This document shows positions 60,630 to 64,000 of a stretch of 64,000 nt of DNA, in pieces. Below the pieces are notes generated by a model. The model had not been told where the DNA came from, searched no databases, and saw only the letters and a list, made by a program, of their open reading frames with translations. The stretch is from an uncultured Dorea sp. GTDB lineage: Bacteria; Bacillota; Clostridia; Lachnospirales; Lachnospiraceae. The position numbers and the translations under genes were made by a program. The DNA is taken from assembly GCA_910584265.1 (NCBI GenBank), contig CAJTZE010000002.1, positions 4,161-68,160 of the forward strand. The letters run 5' to 3'. Each line of letters starts with the position of its first letter. Positions within the stretch are counted from its first letter, which is position 1.

Positions 60630-61208
60630 ATGAAAAACAGGAAACGATATAGAAAAACAATTGCATTGACAGCCGCGGCTCTCAGCATGATGGCGGCAGT
60701 AACAGCAGGGAATGCTATGGCATATTTTACAACCTATGTGGAAGCCGGCGGAGGGCAGACCATATCGCTCGGCGCGGATACTTCTATTGAAGAAAATGTT
60801 GAAAGCATGGTAAAACATGTTACTATTTTTAACACCTCGGAGAATAATGACTGCGTTGTCCGTGTTAAGGTCTTGAGCGGGAGCAAAGTTCAGTGTTCGC
60901 CGGAAGGGCCGGACTGGATAGACGGCGGAGACGGGTTCTGGTATTACAACAAGGTGCTTACGCCGAAGGGTACAGACGGCGGCAGAACCTCGGTTTTGAA
61001 TATTGCGATTAACGCAGATGAATTGAGCAAGGAAGACGGAAGCTTTAACGTAGTGGTTGTTCAAGAATGTGCGCCGCCGGTCTACGATGCGGACGGCAAT
61101 CTGGCAATCTTCACAGCAGACGGAAAAGCAAACCCGGAATGCTGGGAAAAGGTATATACAAACTGGCAGGAATATAAGGATATCACAGGAAAGGAGGCTG
61201 GCAATTAA
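60630..61208 (+). CDS. SipW-dependent secreted protein (BsaA/TasA/CalY-like)
   Basis: Signal ending AMA|YFT; VRVKV, WYYNKVL. Confidence 0.7.
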   Translation: MKNRKRYRKTIALTAAALSMMAAVTAGNAMAYFTTYVEAGGGQTISLGADTSIEENVESMVKHVTIFNTSENNDCVVRVKVLSGSKVQCSPEGPDWIDGGDGFWYYNKVLTPKGTDGGRTSVLNIAINADELSKEDGSFNVVVVQECAPPVYDADGNLAIFTADGKANPECWEKVYTNWQEYKDITGKEAGN

Positions 61209-61990
61209 TGAAAAAGAGAAGAAAAGCCTCCCATAACAGGAAAGTAACGTATCTGCTGTTTGCACTGGCGGCGGTACTGCTCCTTGGAAGCGCTGTGGGA
61301 AGCACAAGAGCGGCGCTCACATATTATAGCGAGAACTATATTGCGGAGTTTGCGCTGGGGCAGATTGGCGTGAGCCTTTTGGAGAAGAGCGGGGCGGATG
61401 CGGAGCCGCTTGAAATCAGCCGCCGTGTCTATGTGGACAATGACTGGAGCGAGAGTCAGGGCGAGCTGCTTCAAAAGATGGTGCCGGAAGGTGAGAAACT
61501 GATTCTGAATAAGAGGTATAAGGAAGAGCTGAGCGTTGAGAACAGCGGTGTGATCGATGAATATGTCCGGGTAAGAATTTACCGGTACTGGACGAAGAAA
61601 GAGGGAGATAAAGACAAGAAGGTTACCACACTTTCTCCGGATTTGATCAAGCTTAATTATACCAACACGGACAGATGGGTCATGCTGGCTCCGGATGTAA
61701 AGGATAAGGAATGTACGGAATTGTATTATAAGGGGATTCTTCCGGCAGGCCAGGGCGAAGGAAGCAGGGCAATGTTTGCCGACGCAATTACCATTGACGG
61801 CCAGGTTGCGGCAGATGCAGTGATCACGGAGAAAAAAGACGGAAATACGACGGTTATTACGACTACTTACAAATATGACGGCGTAGAATTTCATTTGAAG
61901 GTAGAAGTGGATGCAGTTCAGACGCACAATGCAAGAGATGCGATCAAGAGCGCCTGGGGTGTAGACGCAGATGCTCTTGGGATTCTGTAA
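61208..61990 (+). CDS. SipW-dependent secreted protein (BsaA-like paralog)
   Basis: Signal GSTRA|ALT; VENSG..YVRVRI, YYKGIL, VDAVQ. Confidence 0.65.
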   Translation: MKKRRKASHNRKVTYLLFALAAVLLLGSAVGSTRAALTYYSENYIAEFALGQIGVSLLEKSGADAEPLEISRRVYVDNDWSESQGELLQKMVPEGEKLILNKRYKEELSVENSGVIDEYVRVRIYRYWTKKEGDKDKKVTTLSPDLIKLNYTNTDRWVMLAPDVKDKECTELYYKGILPAGQGEGSRAMFADAITIDGQVAADAVITEKKDGNTTVITTTYKYDGVEFHLKVEVDAVQTHNARDAIKSAWGVDADALGIL

Positions 61991-62001
61991 GGAGGAGTGA
62001 G

Positions 62002-62766
62002 ATGATGAAGAAAAAAATATTGACAGCGTGCCTGGTCATGCTTTTGGTTCTCGCATCCTCTGTGACGGCGCTGGCAGAGACCAGAGAGGGAGAAAAGGGC
62101 TGGGAAGTCACCTTTGACGGCAGAAAGATGCATAGTAATTTCTCAGCATCGAAAATAGATTCCCAAATTACAAATAAGAAAATGGAGTCTGGTGATACGA
62201 TCAAATTTACGGTTACACTCAGAAATACGTTCAACGGCCAGGCAGACTGGTATATGAAGAACCAGGTGCTTGAGGCATTAGAGGATGCCGGAGATCTCAT
62301 AGGAGGAGCATACGATTATCTGCTGACTTATACAGACAAAGACAATCAAAGCACGATCTTATATTCCAGCGATTATTTTGGAGGAGACGGACGATATAAC
62401 GGCGTAGGACTTCATGGAGCAACAACAAGCCTTGATGATTATTTTTATCTGGACCGGATGGGAGACGGGGACAAAGGCGTTATTAATCTGACCGTAAAGC
62501 TGGAAGGTGAGAGTAACGGAAACAATTATCAGAATACCCTTGCAAGGCTCCAGATGGATTTTGCAACAGAGCTGACAGACGGAGGGACTGCGAGACGGCC
62601 GGTAAGAACCGGAGATCAGTCAAGAATCCTGCTCTTTGTAATATTGACACTGGTGTCGGGACTGCTGATTTTGATGACTGCGGTTATGAGACTGCGCGGT
62701 GAACGGGAGAACGCGGCGGCTGTTGGAGAGACGAGAAAAAGGACAGTGAGAAGGAGGCAGAGATAA
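62002..62766 (+). CDS. Cell-surface protein with PVRTGD sorting signal
   Basis: Signal peptide; GNNYQNT; PVRTGD plus TM plus Arg-rich tail. Confidence 0.7.
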   Translation: MMKKKILTACLVMLLVLASSVTALAETREGEKGWEVTFDGRKMHSNFSASKIDSQITNKKMESGDTIKFTVTLRNTFNGQADWYMKNQVLEALEDAGDLIGGAYDYLLTYTDKDNQSTILYSSDYFGGDGRYNGVGLHGATTSLDDYFYLDRMGDGDKGVINLTVKLEGESNGNNYQNTLARLQMDFATELTDGGTARRPVRTGDQSRILLFVILTLVSGLLILMTAVMRLRGERENAAAVGETRKRTVRRRQR

Positions 62767-62767
62767 T

Positions 62768-63763
62768 ATGAAGTATTTCAATAAGATACGGATAAGTCTT
62801 CTGATTCTGTCGATGATGCTGGTGACATTTGGCCAGACCACAGCTGCGGCGGATCAGGAATATACCTATACCATCAAGCTGTATGCCGGAAATATTGGCT
62901 CCCTGACAGGAGACGGCATTACCATACCGGAAGGAGCCGCGATGTCAAGCGGCGGCAATCAGACGGTGATTACCGGCCTAAAGTATGGACAGAAGGTGTG
63001 GATTTCTCCTCAGAGCGCCGCGAAGGAGAATGACGGCAGATACTATGTGAAAGGCTTGAGGTTGTCAGGCAGGGATAATTCAGAGGCATCAAATGTTCCG
63101 GGAAATATTGATGTAGAGGGTGATGCATCCTATGTAATTGCCTATGGAATCAGCGGAGATATGGTGTCTTATACGGTAAATTATGTGGACACGGCCGGGA
63201 ATATCCTTCTGGCAGCAGATACCTACTATGGCAATCCGGGAGAGCGCCAGTATGTATCTGCCCGTTATGTGGACGGTTATCTTCCACAGGCATACAATCT
63301 GGTAAAAACACTGCAGTCCAATACGGCAGAGAATGTATTTAACTTTGTATATACGCCGGTAGAGACGCCGGTTGATGAGACCGGAACTGCCACGGCAACA
63401 CCTGCCGGAGGAACGGCAGATGCAGGAACGGCGGATGCAGGGGCGCCTGCGGAAGGAGCGGCTGCTGCAGCACCGGAGGGCGGTGAAGTAGTACCGGTTG
63501 AGGATGAAGAGGTGCCGCAGGATCTGGTGGATCTGGATGATGAAGATACACCGCTGGCAAACCAGAAACTGGATGATACAGAGCGCCCCGGAACCCGGAT
63601 GGGCTATATGCCTATCTATACAGGAATCGGAGCGGCCGCGGCCGCAGCGCTGCTGTTGACGGCAATTTATCTGAAGAGGCGCCGTAAGTCTGCGGTCCAG
63701 CCGGAAGACCTGCCTGAGATTCTGGAAAATATCGATATCAAAGATATTGAAGACGATAAGTAG
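62768..63763 (+). CDS. Cell-surface protein with MucBP-like domain and DEExP/DEDTPLA motif
   Basis: YTVNYVDTAGNILL...VDGYLP...FVY; Ala/Gly linker; C-terminal TM plus KRRRK. Confidence 0.7.
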   Translation: MKYFNKIRISLLILSMMLVTFGQTTAAADQEYTYTIKLYAGNIGSLTGDGITIPEGAAMSSGGNQTVITGLKYGQKVWISPQSAAKENDGRYYVKGLRLSGRDNSEASNVPGNIDVEGDASYVIAYGISGDMVSYTVNYVDTAGNILLAADTYYGNPGERQYVSARYVDGYLPQAYNLVKTLQSNTAENVFNFVYTPVETPVDETGTATATPAGGTADAGTADAGAPAEGAAAAAPEGGEVVPVEDEEVPQDLVDLDDEDTPLANQKLDDTERPGTRMGYMPIYTGIGAAAAAALLLTAIYLKRRRKSAVQPEDLPEILENIDIKDIEDDK

Positions 63764-63768
63764 AAGCT

Positions 63769-64000
63769 ATGGGAAGGAAAAAGGGAAAAAGAGGAAACGA
63801 GAATAGCGGCAGAAGAGCAGGTAATGTGATAAGTATCCTTGGTACGGCGCTGATCGTCATTGTGATCCTGCTGTGCTCTATGCTGGTATTGCCGGGAATG
63901 TTTGGATTCCAGATGTATCATGTGATCAGCGGAAGCATGGAACCGGCATTGAAGACCGGCAGCCTGATCTATATATATGAAGATGATCCGGGGGAGGTAG
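63769..64000 (+). CDS. sipW: Signal peptidase I, SipW/S26B type (truncated by window end)
   Basis: Not in the ORF track. Manual translation MGRKKG...TM...HVISGSMEPALKTGSLIYI. Confidence 0.8.
   Translation, partial: MGRKKGKRGNENSGRRAGNVISILGTALIVIVILLCSMLVLPGMFGFQMYHVISGSMEPALKTGSLIYIYEDDPGEV

Noticed and set aside
1..64000. CRISPR arrays, tRNA, rRNA, IS elements
   Set aside because: No regularly spaced repeats, structural RNA signatures or transposases seen by eye.

Overview
Chromosomal window from a spore-forming clostridial Firmicute. Gene content and order suggest Lachnospiraceae, but that is inference. Positions 1-46.6 kb are mostly housekeeping and sporulation genes: T-box ileS, glgP, spoIID/spoIIQ-like, rubrerythrin/PerR, mecA, cwlD-like, a TPP-riboswitch thiSFGH-thiE operon, bofA, murG, mtnN, holB-ricT and a yabB-like methyltransferase. 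This part also holds a full Tad/Flp pilus operon and a partial PilC/GspF-type gene at the left edge. From 46.66 kb to the end lies an accessory locus and the main finding. A ~1.53 kb segment carrying its own tyrosine recombinase gene is bounded by two arm-core-arm recombination sites whose 7-bp cores are inverted (CTGGATA at 46686-46692, TATCCAG at 48221-48227), so it is a candidate self-inverting phase-variation switch. It sits directly upstream of a co-oriented cluster of at least 15.6 kb. The cluster encodes a BTAD/SARP regulator with a degenerate GGDEF domain that keeps the RxxD I-site, a signal peptidase, a 1470-aa tip adhesin (Cys/His repeats, apparently inactive CHAP domain, fibro-slime domain), a major pilin, two class C sortases and a SipW/BsaA(TasA)-like matrix module. 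All calls come from motif reading by eye; no database searches were run.
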